Assembly (NCBI GenBank): GCA_043747595.1
Contig: JAYTOX010000054.1
Span: 3,287 to 67,286 of the forward strand
Direction: 5' to 3'
DNA: 64,000 bases
From: Bacteroidota bacterium
Lineage (GTDB): Bacteria > Bacteroidota > Bacteroidia > AKYH767-A > 2013-40CM-41-45
Both the position numbers and the translations under genes were made by a program. Below, one piece after another: positions 9,244-17,715 of the stretch (the stretch's first letter is position 1; every line of letters begins with the position of its first letter). Under the pieces are notes generated by a model. The model saw only the letters and a list, made by a program, of their open reading frames with translations, was not told the DNA's origin and made no database searches.

Positions 9244-9981
9244 TCAGATGATTTTTTTCTCTTCGCGAATAAGATCGAAAAGAGTACCGGCATCATCAGG
9301 ACTGATTAATTTTACTGCACTTCTCATGACAGGTTTTTCATAAGAAACTAGTTTTACTTTTTGTGCTACTTCTATTGGCTCAATTACAACGAGCGGTTTA
9401 GTACGAGCAGACATGATTCCACGCATGTTTGGAATTTTCCATTCAGCCATTCCTTCAGATGCACCGGCAACAAAAGGAAGAGACGTTGAAATAATTTCTT
9501 TTCCACCTTCAATTTCACAATCGAGTGTTGCTGTAGAACCTTCGATCGATAAACTTTTAGCAAAAAGCACACATGGAATATCGAGTAGTTCGGCAATCAT
9601 AACCGGAACACTAGACCCATTATGATCGCTACTTTCACGTCCACAAAGAATAACATCAACCGGATTTGTTTTTACGTATTCAGCAATTTGTTTGGCAACG
9701 AAAAAAGAATCGCGTGGAATGGAGTTGATACGAACCGCATCAGTAGCACCAATAGCCAAAGCTTTTCGAATGACGGCTTCAGTGGAAACATCACCAATAT
9801 TAATGACAGTAACAGTTCCATTGTTAGAAGCGGCAAGATCAACCGCTTTAGAAAGGGCAATTTCGTCGTAAGGGTTTAAAATAAAAGTCACGCCGGCAGA
9901 AACAAATTCTTTATTATCCGGAGTAAAATTTATTTTTGCCGTGGTATCGGGTACACTAGCAATACAAACTAATATTTTCAT
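9244..9981 (-). CDS. etfB: Electron transfer flavoprotein beta subunit
   Basis: 245 aa. MKILVCIASVPDTTAKI...NPYDEIALSKAV is a typical ETF-beta sequence. It lies directly upstream of etfA. Confidence 0.93.
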   Translation of the reverse strand: MKILVCIASVPDTTAKINFTPDNKEFVSAGVTFILNPYDEIALSKAVDLAASNNGTVTVINIGDVSTEAVIRKALAIGATDAVRINSIPRDSFFVAKQIAEYVKTNPVDVILCGRESSDHNGSSVPVMIAELLDIPCVLFAKSLSIEGSTATLDCEIEGGKEIISTSLPFVAGASEGMAEWKIPNMRGIMSARTKPLVVIEPIEVAQKVKLVSYEKPVMRSAVKLISPDDAGTLFDLIREEKKII

Positions 9982-10129
9982 AGGATTGGATTATGTATTA
10001 CGCGATTATTTTTATATTTAACAATCACGCATTCAGCATGTTCTGAAATTAATGAATTATATTTTACTTCTTATTACAGAGCGGCGAAGATAAAGAAATT
10101 AATCACGAATAATTAAGTAAAAATCGGTT

Positions 10130-10459
10130 ATGTCTGTCAGAATCAGTATTCTTGAAAGTTATCTAAACGAAGATCCGCACGATGAGTTTCTTCGCTATGC
10201 TTTAGCGTTGGAATACAAAGAATTAGGTAATTTTCAAGAAGCATACAATCATTTTTTAGTGCTCAGGCAATTGCATCCTGATTACCTTCCGATGTATTAT
10301 ATGGCAGGAAAAACAGCGGAAGACCTTCACTTAATTACAGAAGCGATAGAGTGGTATTCGGCAGGAGGCATTATTGCGATTCGGTTAGGAAATGGAAAAA
10401 CATTGAACGAGCTGAACAGTGCTGCGCAGATGTTGAAAGATGAAATGAGTGAAGAGTAG
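10130..10459 (+). CDS. Small TPR-like protein
   Basis: 109 aa. The helical repeat pattern (FLRYALALEYKELGNFQEAYNHFLVLRQLHPDYLPMYYMAGK) looks TPR-like. Confidence 0.6.
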   Translation: MSVRISILESYLNEDPHDEFLRYALALEYKELGNFQEAYNHFLVLRQLHPDYLPMYYMAGKTAEDLHLITEAIEWYSAGGIIAIRLGNGKTLNELNSAAQMLKDEMSEE

Positions 10460-10469
10460 AACAAATTTT

Positions 10470-10477
10470 TATCTTTG
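10470..10477 (+). promoter_or_regulatory. -7 promoter box TAtcTTTG for pdhB
   Basis: Exact TAnnTTTG match 39 nt upstream of the ATG at 10516. Confidence 0.4.
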
Positions 10478-10515
10478 TGGCCCCGCATAAAATTGCGACG
10501 CATTAAAAAAGAATT

Positions 10516-11499
10516 ATGAGAGAGATACAATTTCGTGAGGCCCTTCGAGAGGCGATGAATGAAGAGATGCGCAGAGATGAGCGTGTGTTTTTGATGGGAG
10601 AAGAAGTTGCGCAATACAATGGAGCGTACAAAGTGAGTCAGGGAATGCTCGACGAATTTGGTGAGAGGCGAGTAATCGATACACCAATTGCTGAATTAGG
10701 TTTTGCGGGAATAGCAGTAGGGGCAGCCATGAATGGTCTCCGCCCTATTGTTGAATTCATGACATTCAATTTTTCATTGGTAGCGATAGATCAAGTAATT
10801 AATTCGGCTGCGAAAATGATGAGCATGAGCGGTGGGCAATTTACAGTTCCTATTGTATTTAGAGGTCCCACAGGATCGGCGGGAATGTTAAGTTCACAAC
10901 ATTCACAAGCCTTTGAAAGTTGGTATGCAAACTGTCCGGGGTTAAAAGTAGTGGTGCCAAGTAATCCGGCCGATGCAAAAGGTTTGTTGAAGTCGGCCAT
11001 TCGCGATAGCGATCCGGTTATATTTATGGAAAGCGAGCAAATGTATGGCGACAAAGGAAATGTTCCTGATGGAGAATATTTAATACCGATTGGCGTGGCC
11101 GATGTAGTAAAGATAGGAACCGATGTTACCATTGTTTCGTTTGGAAAAATGATGAAGATAGCAATGAAAGCTGCAGAAGAGTTGGCAAAAGAAAACATCA
11201 ATGCAGAAGTGATCGACTTGCGTTCCGTTCGTCCGATTGATTATGCAACAGTGATAAATTCGGTAAAAAAGACAAACCGTTTAGTGATAGTAGAAGAATC
11301 GTGGCCATTGGCGGCTATTGCTACAGAAGTTACCTTTAAAGTTCAAAAAGACGCATTCGATTATTTAGATGCACCCATACTTAGAGTAATGGGAATGGAC
11401 GTACCACTTCCCTATGCACCAACGTTGATTGAGGCGTATCTTCCTAATCCTGCAAGAGTTATCAGAGCAGTGAAAGAAGTTATGTATCTGGTAAAATAA
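10516..11499 (+). CDS. pdhB: Pyruvate dehydrogenase (2-oxoacid dehydrogenase) E1 beta subunit
   Basis: 327 aa. REALREAMNEEMRRDERVFLMGEEVAQYNGAYKVSQGMLDEFG...IDTPIAE shows a transketolase-like pyrimidine-binding domain plus C-terminal domain. Confidence 0.9.
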   Translation: MREIQFREALREAMNEEMRRDERVFLMGEEVAQYNGAYKVSQGMLDEFGERRVIDTPIAELGFAGIAVGAAMNGLRPIVEFMTFNFSLVAIDQVINSAAKMMSMSGGQFTVPIVFRGPTGSAGMLSSQHSQAFESWYANCPGLKVVVPSNPADAKGLLKSAIRDSDPVIFMESEQMYGDKGNVPDGEYLIPIGVADVVKIGTDVTIVSFGKMMKIAMKAAEELAKENINAEVIDLRSVRPIDYATVINSVKKTNRLVIVEESWPLAAIATEVTFKVQKDAFDYLDAPILRVMGMDVPLPYAPTLIEAYLPNPARVIRAVKEVMYLVK

Positions 11500-11520
11500 G
11501 TAATTGAAAAGAAAAGATAG

Positions 11521-11551
11521 AAGCTGCTCATATTAAAGGGCAGCTTTTTTT
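11521..11551 (+). terminator. Rho-independent terminator after pdhB
   Basis: AAGCTGC(T)C stem, loop, G(G)GCAGCTT stem, then a T-run. Confidence 0.65.
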
Positions 11552-11706
11552 GTGTAAAGGTTTTTTAGCTTGAATAAAGGTTTACAAAAAGAGAGCGGTC
11601 AATTTTAATTTTGAGAACAAGTCTATTTTTTCGCATAGAATATTGGATTTCAATACTATTCCATCAATATAGTAAGTACTATATAGATTTCTCGGGAAAT
11701 AAGGTG

Positions 11707-11714
11707 TACCTTTG
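11707..11714 (+). promoter_or_regulatory. -7 promoter box TAccTTTG for the DEAD-box helicase gene
   Basis: Exact TAnnTTTG match 19 nt upstream of the ATG at 11733. Confidence 0.4.
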
Positions 11715-11732
11715 CCGCTTAATATTCAAAAA

Positions 11733-13643
11733 ATGCTTTCTTTCTCAGAATTAGGAGTTGGCGAGAATGTTTTGAAAGCCATAACAGAGTTAGGTTTCGT
11801 TGAACCGACTCCAATTCAGCAACAGGCCATCCCTCAATTGATGGCCGATGAGACAGATTTTATCGGACTTGCACAAACAGGTACCGGAAAGACAGCTGCG
11901 TTTGGCCTTCCCATTCTTGAACTCATTGACCAAAACAAAACGGTCACACAATCATTAATCTTAGCACCAACACGAGAACTGTGTGTGCAGATTACAAATG
12001 ATCTTATTAAATACAGTAAATACAATCGTTCGGTAGCAGTAACTGCCGTTTACGGAGGTGCTAACATTGTACAACAGATTCGTCAGATCAAAAAAGGTAG
12101 TCAAATCGTGGTGGCAACACCCGGTCGATTACTCGATTTGATAAATCGCGGAGCAATCAATATGGATAAGATCCGTTATTTGATTCTCGACGAAGCCGAT
12201 GAGATGTTGAACATGGGCTTCCAAGAAGACATCGATGAAATTCTGTCGCACCTTCCCGATGAGCGAAGAGTATGGTTGTTTTCAGCAACGATGCCACAAG
12301 AAGTTCGTACGATTGCAAGTAAGTACATGTCGAATCCTTTCGAACTTACGGTTGGTCGTAAAAATGAAGGCGCGGTAAACTTAGAACATTACTACTACGT
12401 AATTCACGAACGTGATCGTTATTCAGCACTTAAAAGATTGCTTGATTCGGTACCGGAAGTATTTGGAATTATATTTTGCAGAACGAGAATCGATACACAA
12501 CGTATTGCTGAGAATTTAGCAAAAGACGGTTACAATTCAGATGCATTGCATGGCGATTTAACACAAGCGCAACGCGATAAAGTAATGGCACGTTACCGTT
12601 CAAAAAACCTTGATGTGTTAGTGGCAACAGATGTTGCGGCAAGAGGAATTGATGTGAACGATATTACACACGTTATCCATTACAATTTACCTGATGAACC
12701 GGAAAGTTACACGCACAGAAGCGGAAGAACAGCACGTGCAGGTAAATCGGGAGTATCGTGGGCATTGATCAACATTCGCGAAATGGACAAAATCCGTTTT
12801 ATAGAAAAGAAGATCGGCACTAAAATTCATATAGGACGTATTCCTGATGCAGTAACAATTTGTGAGCAGCAGCTTATGAATTTAATGCAAAAGATCGAGC
12901 ATGTAAAAGTGAACGAAAAAGGAATTCAGAAATATCTTGAGCCGGTTTTAGAAAAGTTGAATGATCTTTCGAAAGAAGAATTAATTAAACGTATAGTTAG
13001 TATTGAATTCAATCGATTCTTAGACGCCTATAGAGATGCGCCGGATTTAAATGTTGATGTAGCACATCAAGGCAAAGGTAGCAGTACAGGATATCGTAGT
13101 GCCGGACCACGTTTGTTTATCAATTTAGGTTCGATGGATGGTTTGAATGAAGGAGCAATGCGTGATTATGTTTCATCGATACTGGAAGTTGACAAAGCAA
13201 TTGTTGGCCGTATAGATGTGAAAGGTGTTTATTCATTCATTGATTTACCGGAAGCAGTTTTGAATACCGCTATGGAAACATTCCAAGGTGAGATTTATCA
13301 AGGCAGAAAAGTAAGAATAGAAGTTTCTTCAAACGAAACGCGTAAATCGAGTAGCGGTTTTGGCAATAAAGGAGGAAGAGGCGGAGATTATAAAGGCGGA
13401 CGAGATCGTGGAACAAGAAGTTATTCAGGTTCAGGATCGGGTGACTTTAAAAGTGGCGGACGCAGTTCAGGTGGCTCAAGTAGTTCATCAGGTGGAGAAA
13501 GCAGAAGCAGAAGTTCGAGTGGAGATGGAAGAAGTAGAAGCTCAAGCAGTGAAAACGGCAGCCGACGCGGATGGAGTGAAAATAAACCTGCAGCAGGCGG
13601 TGACAGTCGTCGTCCGGATACAGGAAAAAAGAAGAAGTGGTAA
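11733..13643 (+). CDS. DEAD-box ATP-dependent RNA helicase (DeaD/CsdA-like, with a DbpA-type RNA-binding domain) and a Gly/Ser/Arg-rich C-terminal tail
   Basis: Motifs present: the Q motif, AQTGTGKT, DEAD (LILDEADEML), SAT and HRSGRTARAG. The last ~100 aa are low-complexity RGG/SSS. I chose the ATG at 11733; the track start at 11712 is TTG. Confidence 0.92.
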   Translation: MLSFSELGVGENVLKAITELGFVEPTPIQQQAIPQLMADETDFIGLAQTGTGKTAAFGLPILELIDQNKTVTQSLILAPTRELCVQITNDLIKYSKYNRSVAVTAVYGGANIVQQIRQIKKGSQIVVATPGRLLDLINRGAINMDKIRYLILDEADEMLNMGFQEDIDEILSHLPDERRVWLFSATMPQEVRTIASKYMSNPFELTVGRKNEGAVNLEHYYYVIHERDRYSALKRLLDSVPEVFGIIFCRTRIDTQRIAENLAKDGYNSDALHGDLTQAQRDKVMARYRSKNLDVLVATDVAARGIDVNDITHVIHYNLPDEPESYTHRSGRTARAGKSGVSWALINIREMDKIRFIEKKIGTKIHIGRIPDAVTICEQQLMNLMQKIEHVKVNEKGIQKYLEPVLEKLNDLSKEELIKRIVSIEFNRFLDAYRDAPDLNVDVAHQGKGSSTGYRSAGPRLFINLGSMDGLNEGAMRDYVSSILEVDKAIVGRIDVKGVYSFIDLPEAVLNTAMETFQGEIYQGRKVRIEVSSNETRKSSSGFGNKGGRGGDYKGGRDRGTRSYSGSGSGDFKSGGRSSGGSSSSSGGESRSRSSSGDGRSRSSSSENGSRRGWSENKPAAGGDSRRPDTGKKKKW

Positions 13644-13744
13644 TTCAGTTCTTAACTAGTTAATGTGGAAATTTAACGTTTTGAAACATCTTTTCATTGC
13701 GTTAAATTTCGTACATTACATCCAACTAAATTTCAAATAAATTA

Positions 13745-14809
13745 ATGGCTACCATCAAATTTAATGGAAATGCGTCTGGATTTTATTCAGACCTAAAAAA
13801 TAGAGTTGATGCATATTTTGCAGAGAAGAAAATCGATCCCCATGGAAACGGAAAGATTTATTTCAAGACTGCATTTTATATGCTTTCCTTTTTGGCAACC
13901 TATATCACCTTAGTATTCTTTACTCCTTCTCCTTTTATCGCTATTTTGCTTTGTATCTTTTTCGGATTTTTCACAGCCGGAATTGGATTCAATGTAATGC
14001 ACGATGGGGGTCATGGGAGTTATTCGCCGAATAAAACGGTGAATAAAATGGCTGCACTTACGTTAAACATGTTGGGTGGAAGTTCTTTTTTATGGAACAT
14101 CAAGCACAACATGATTCATCACACTTATACGAATATAGATGGGCATGATGATGATATAGCTGCAGAACCATTACTACGTCTTTGCGATTCACAAAAGAAA
14201 TATTTCTATCACCGATTCCAGTTTATCTACTGGTTTATCGTTTACGGATTTACTTATGCGTTGTGGATCTTTATGCTTGACATCGCAAAATTTTTTACTC
14301 GTACGATATCATCTAAAACGGGAATTAAATTTGATTTAAAAACAACACTTGGATTTTGGATTACTAAAATAATCTACATAGGGTTGTTCGTACTGCTTCC
14401 AATCAAAATGGTAGGCGTTGCTGATTTCTTAATTGGATACAGTATCTTTTTATTTACAACAGGACTTTACATCAGTGTAATATTCCAGTTAGCACATTCA
14501 GTAGAAGGAGCGCAATTTGTTGACCCAACGAATCAGCCGGTATTGGAAAATGATTGGGCGGTACACCAAGTATTGACTACTTCAAATTTCGGTTCAACAA
14601 GCAAAGTACTTTCATTTTTAACAGGAGGATTAAACCAACAAGTAGAGCATCATTTGTTTCCAAAGATCTCCCATATTCATTACCCGAAATTAAGTGCTAT
14701 TGTAAAAGAGACTTGCTCAGAGCATGGACTTGTTTACTTAGAACAACCAACAATTTGGCATGCCGTTGCTTCTCATGTTAGACATCTTTATCGTTTAGGA
14801 AGAAGTTAA
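13745..14809 (+). CDS. Membrane fatty-acid desaturase family protein
   Basis: 354 aa with three histidine boxes (HDGGHGS, HNMIHH, QVEHHLFP) and TM helices. Confidence 0.85.
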   Translation: MATIKFNGNASGFYSDLKNRVDAYFAEKKIDPHGNGKIYFKTAFYMLSFLATYITLVFFTPSPFIAILLCIFFGFFTAGIGFNVMHDGGHGSYSPNKTVNKMAALTLNMLGGSSFLWNIKHNMIHHTYTNIDGHDDDIAAEPLLRLCDSQKKYFYHRFQFIYWFIVYGFTYALWIFMLDIAKFFTRTISSKTGIKFDLKTTLGFWITKIIYIGLFVLLPIKMVGVADFLIGYSIFLFTTGLYISVIFQLAHSVEGAQFVDPTNQPVLENDWAVHQVLTTSNFGSTSKVLSFLTGGLNQQVEHHLFPKISHIHYPKLSAIVKETCSEHGLVYLEQPTIWHAVASHVRHLYRLGRS

Positions 14810-14830
14810 ACAAAAATAAAAATTGAAAAA

Positions 14831-14858
14831 AGCAGTCCTGATGGGCTGCTTTTTTTTT
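14831..14858 (+). terminator. Rho-independent terminator after the desaturase gene
   Basis: AGCAGTCC / GGGCTGCT stem followed by T9. Confidence 0.7.
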
Positions 14859-15167
14859 GAACACCACTTTTTTAATTAAACCATCTGCCAGAAAACCATT
14901 TTTAGGCATGCCGAATATTTGTAAAAAATTGTAATGAAATTCAATTTTGAGCATAAATCGGAAGTATTGAAAGAACTTAAGCGATTAGTTGGGATAAAAA
15001 ACATCGCTTTTTGGCAAAAAAACATCTACCCATGATTCAATAATGGATACCCCACAAAAAACAGAAACTGTAAGAAAAATATACTTTTTTTCGAGATACA
15101 TACAAATAAACAGGGGGTGTTCATAAAAAAACATACTTTTTCCTTGACATACCCCCTATTTATATGA

Positions 15168-15175
15168 TACATTTG
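15168..15175 (+). promoter_or_regulatory. -7 promoter box TAcaTTTG for glnN
   Basis: Exact TAnnTTTG match 42 nt upstream of the ATG at 15217. Confidence 0.4.
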
Positions 15176-15216
15176 GCAAATATTTAAAAATCATTTCAAC
15201 TTAATAATTTACCAAA

Positions 15217-17406
15217 ATGTCTACCATTCGATTTCGAGCATTGGAGAATTCATTAAACCGTCAGCCGGTAAAAGTTACTCCGCCATCAAGCAAGATCTCC
15301 GATTATTACGGGGTCAATGTTTTTAACAAAGAAGCCATGCATAAATTTTTACAGCGTGATGCTTACAAAGCAGTGATGGCAGCAATTGATCATGGCGAGC
15401 AGATAGATCGGAAAATGGCAGATCAAGTTGCGCTTGGAATGAAAGAGTGGGCGAATAGTAAAGGAGCTACCTCTTACACACATTGGTTTCAGCCGTTAAC
15501 AGGACTTACAGCAGAAAAGCACGATTCGTTTTTCGAATTAATCGATGGAAAAGCAATAGAGCATTTTTCCGGAAATGCTTTAGCTCAACAAGAACCCGAT
15601 GCATCAAGCTTTCCGAGTGGAGGAATTAGAAATACATTTGAAGCAAGAGGCTACACAGCTTGGGACCCAAGTTCACCGGCATTTATAATGGAAAGCACGA
15701 GCGGAAAAACGCTATGTATTCCAACCATCTTTGTATCGTATACAGGGGAAACCTTAGACTATAAAGCACCATTACTAAAAGCACTTCATGCATTGGATAA
15801 AGCTGCGGTAGAGGTGAGTCAGTTCTTTGATAAAGACGTTACCAAAGTTTTCGCAACATTGGGTGTAGAGCAAGAATATTTCTTAGTAGATTCCAGTTTG
15901 TTGAATTCACGTCCCGACTTACTTATTACAGGCAGAACACTTTTTGGACATTCACCGGCGAAAGGTCAGCAGTTAGAAGACCATTACTTCGGCTCTATTC
16001 CTGAAAGAGTGTATGCCTTTATGGTAGACTTCGAAACAGAAGCGTATAAATTAGGTATTCCATTAAAAACGCGTCACAACGAAGTTGCGCCAAGTCAGTT
16101 TGAGTGTGCTCCTGTATTTGAAGAAATAAATTTAGCAGTAGATCATAATGCGTTGCTAATGGATTTGATGGATAAAGTAGCTCGTCGTCATCACTTCAAA
16201 GTATTGCTGCATGAAAAACCATATGCAGGAATTAATGGAAGCGGAAAACATAACAACTGGAGCTTGAGTACGAACACGGGAAAGAATTTGCTTTCGCCCG
16301 GCACTACTCCCAAGAGCAACTTAATGTTCCTTACCTTCTTCGTGAATACAATTATGGCTGTGTACAAGCACGCGGACTTATTGAGAGCAAGTATTTCTTC
16401 GGCTAGCAACGATCACCGTTTAGGAGCAAACGAAGCACCGCCGGCGATAATGTCAATCTTCCTTGGTGGTCAATTATCGCGAGTGCTCGATGAAATTGTT
16501 CAAATGGTAAACGAGAAAAAAATGTCGGCCGATGAGAAGACAGCTTTAAAATTAAACATTGGGAAAATACCGGAGATTTTGCTCGATAATACCGATCGAA
16601 ACAGAACATCGCCATTTGCATTTACAGGAAATAAATTTGAGTTTAGAGCTGTAGGATCATCTGCGAATTGTTCGAACCCAATGATGGTACTGAATACGAT
16701 CGTGGCCAATCAGTTAGGAGAATTTAAAAAAGAAGTTGACTTGTTGATTGAAAAAGGAACAAAAAAAGACGAGGCGATTTTAAAAATACTGAGACAGTAC
16801 ATTGTTGAATCGAAAAACATTCGCTTTGAAGGAAATGGTTACGGCGATGAGTGGGTGAAAGAGGCAGCAAAGCGAGGCTTATCGAATATCCAAACCACTC
16901 CGTTAGCATTGGATGCGTATGTATCTAAGTCGTCGTTGAACCTATTTGAGTCATTGAATATTTTCAGTCACAGAGAAGTAGAAGCACGTCATGAGATCAT
17001 GCTAGAAACGTATATTAAAAAGATACAAATTGAATCTAGAATTATGGGCGATTTGGCAATTAACCATATTATTCCATGTGCAATTCGCTACCAAACTCAA
17101 CTTGCAACAAACGTTGAGTCGCTCATCAACATTAAAGCAGGGACAGAAACAACCAAAACTCAAATGTTGATGATTACAGAGATCAGCTCACACATTAGCA
17201 ATATAAACGCAAAAGTGGAAAAGATGATTGATGCTCGAAAGAAAGCGAACAAAATGAATGACATTCGCGACAAGGCAATTTCTTATTGTGATGAAGTAAA
17301 ACCATTTTTCGAATCAATAAGGGACCATGTAGACGCATTAGAAATGTTGGTCGACGACGAAATGTGGCCATTGGCGAAATACAGAGAATTAGTTACCATT
17401 CGCTAA
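15217..17406 (+). CDS. glnN: Glutamine synthetase type III
   Basis: 729 aa. The length and sequence (MSTIRFRALE..., HNEVAPSQFE, NGSGKHNNWS) are typical of GSIII of Bacteroidetes. Confidence 0.93.
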   Translation: MSTIRFRALENSLNRQPVKVTPPSSKISDYYGVNVFNKEAMHKFLQRDAYKAVMAAIDHGEQIDRKMADQVALGMKEWANSKGATSYTHWFQPLTGLTAEKHDSFFELIDGKAIEHFSGNALAQQEPDASSFPSGGIRNTFEARGYTAWDPSSPAFIMESTSGKTLCIPTIFVSYTGETLDYKAPLLKALHALDKAAVEVSQFFDKDVTKVFATLGVEQEYFLVDSSLLNSRPDLLITGRTLFGHSPAKGQQLEDHYFGSIPERVYAFMVDFETEAYKLGIPLKTRHNEVAPSQFECAPVFEEINLAVDHNALLMDLMDKVARRHHFKVLLHEKPYAGINGSGKHNNWSLSTNTGKNLLSPGTTPKSNLMFLTFFVNTIMAVYKHADLLRASISSASNDHRLGANEAPPAIMSIFLGGQLSRVLDEIVQMVNEKKMSADEKTALKLNIGKIPEILLDNTDRNRTSPFAFTGNKFEFRAVGSSANCSNPMMVLNTIVANQLGEFKKEVDLLIEKGTKKDEAILKILRQYIVESKNIRFEGNGYGDEWVKEAAKRGLSNIQTTPLALDAYVSKSSLNLFESLNIFSHREVEARHEIMLETYIKKIQIESRIMGDLAINHIIPCAIRYQTQLATNVESLINIKAGTETTKTQMLMITEISSHISNINAKVEKMIDARKKANKMNDIRDKAISYCDEVKPFFESIRDHVDALEMLVDDEMWPLAKYRELVTIR

Positions 17407-17425
17407 CATAGAATAAAGCAAAAGA

Positions 17426-17450
17426 AGGAGATCAGTTGGTCTCCTTTTTT
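17426..17450 (+). terminator. Rho-independent terminator after glnN
   Basis: GGAGA(T)C stem, loop, G(G)TCTCC stem, then T6. Confidence 0.65.
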
Positions 17451-17715
17451 CATTTAGTCCCTTTAGGATTTAAAAGATTTATTTATGACTTTTCACAACA
17501 GAATTCGTCTACTTTCGTACGAGATTAGCAGTTACAGGAGTCTTTAAAGACTCAAATCATAGAATCCGGCTAAATATCTGTTAGCCAATGAAAATAAATC
17601 ACCTTAATTGGTAATAATTTCTTTCAAAGTAGTGCCGAATACTTTTGTAATCATTAAAATTCTTATTTTATTTGCATAAGAGTGTTCTCTTAGCTCTCAT
17701 CCAATCTAACCAAAA

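Noticed and set aside
13360-13659. 99-aa alternate-frame ORF over the helicase tail
   Set aside because: It is produced by the GA-rich low-complexity DNA encoding the RGG/Ser tail. The helicase frame is continuous from the conserved domains.
14934-15035. 33-codon ORF (MKFNFEHKSEVLKELKRLVGIKNIAFWQKNIYP) upstream of glnN
   Set aside because: It has no promoter box and no recognisable family, and no conservation evidence is available. It is too short to support.
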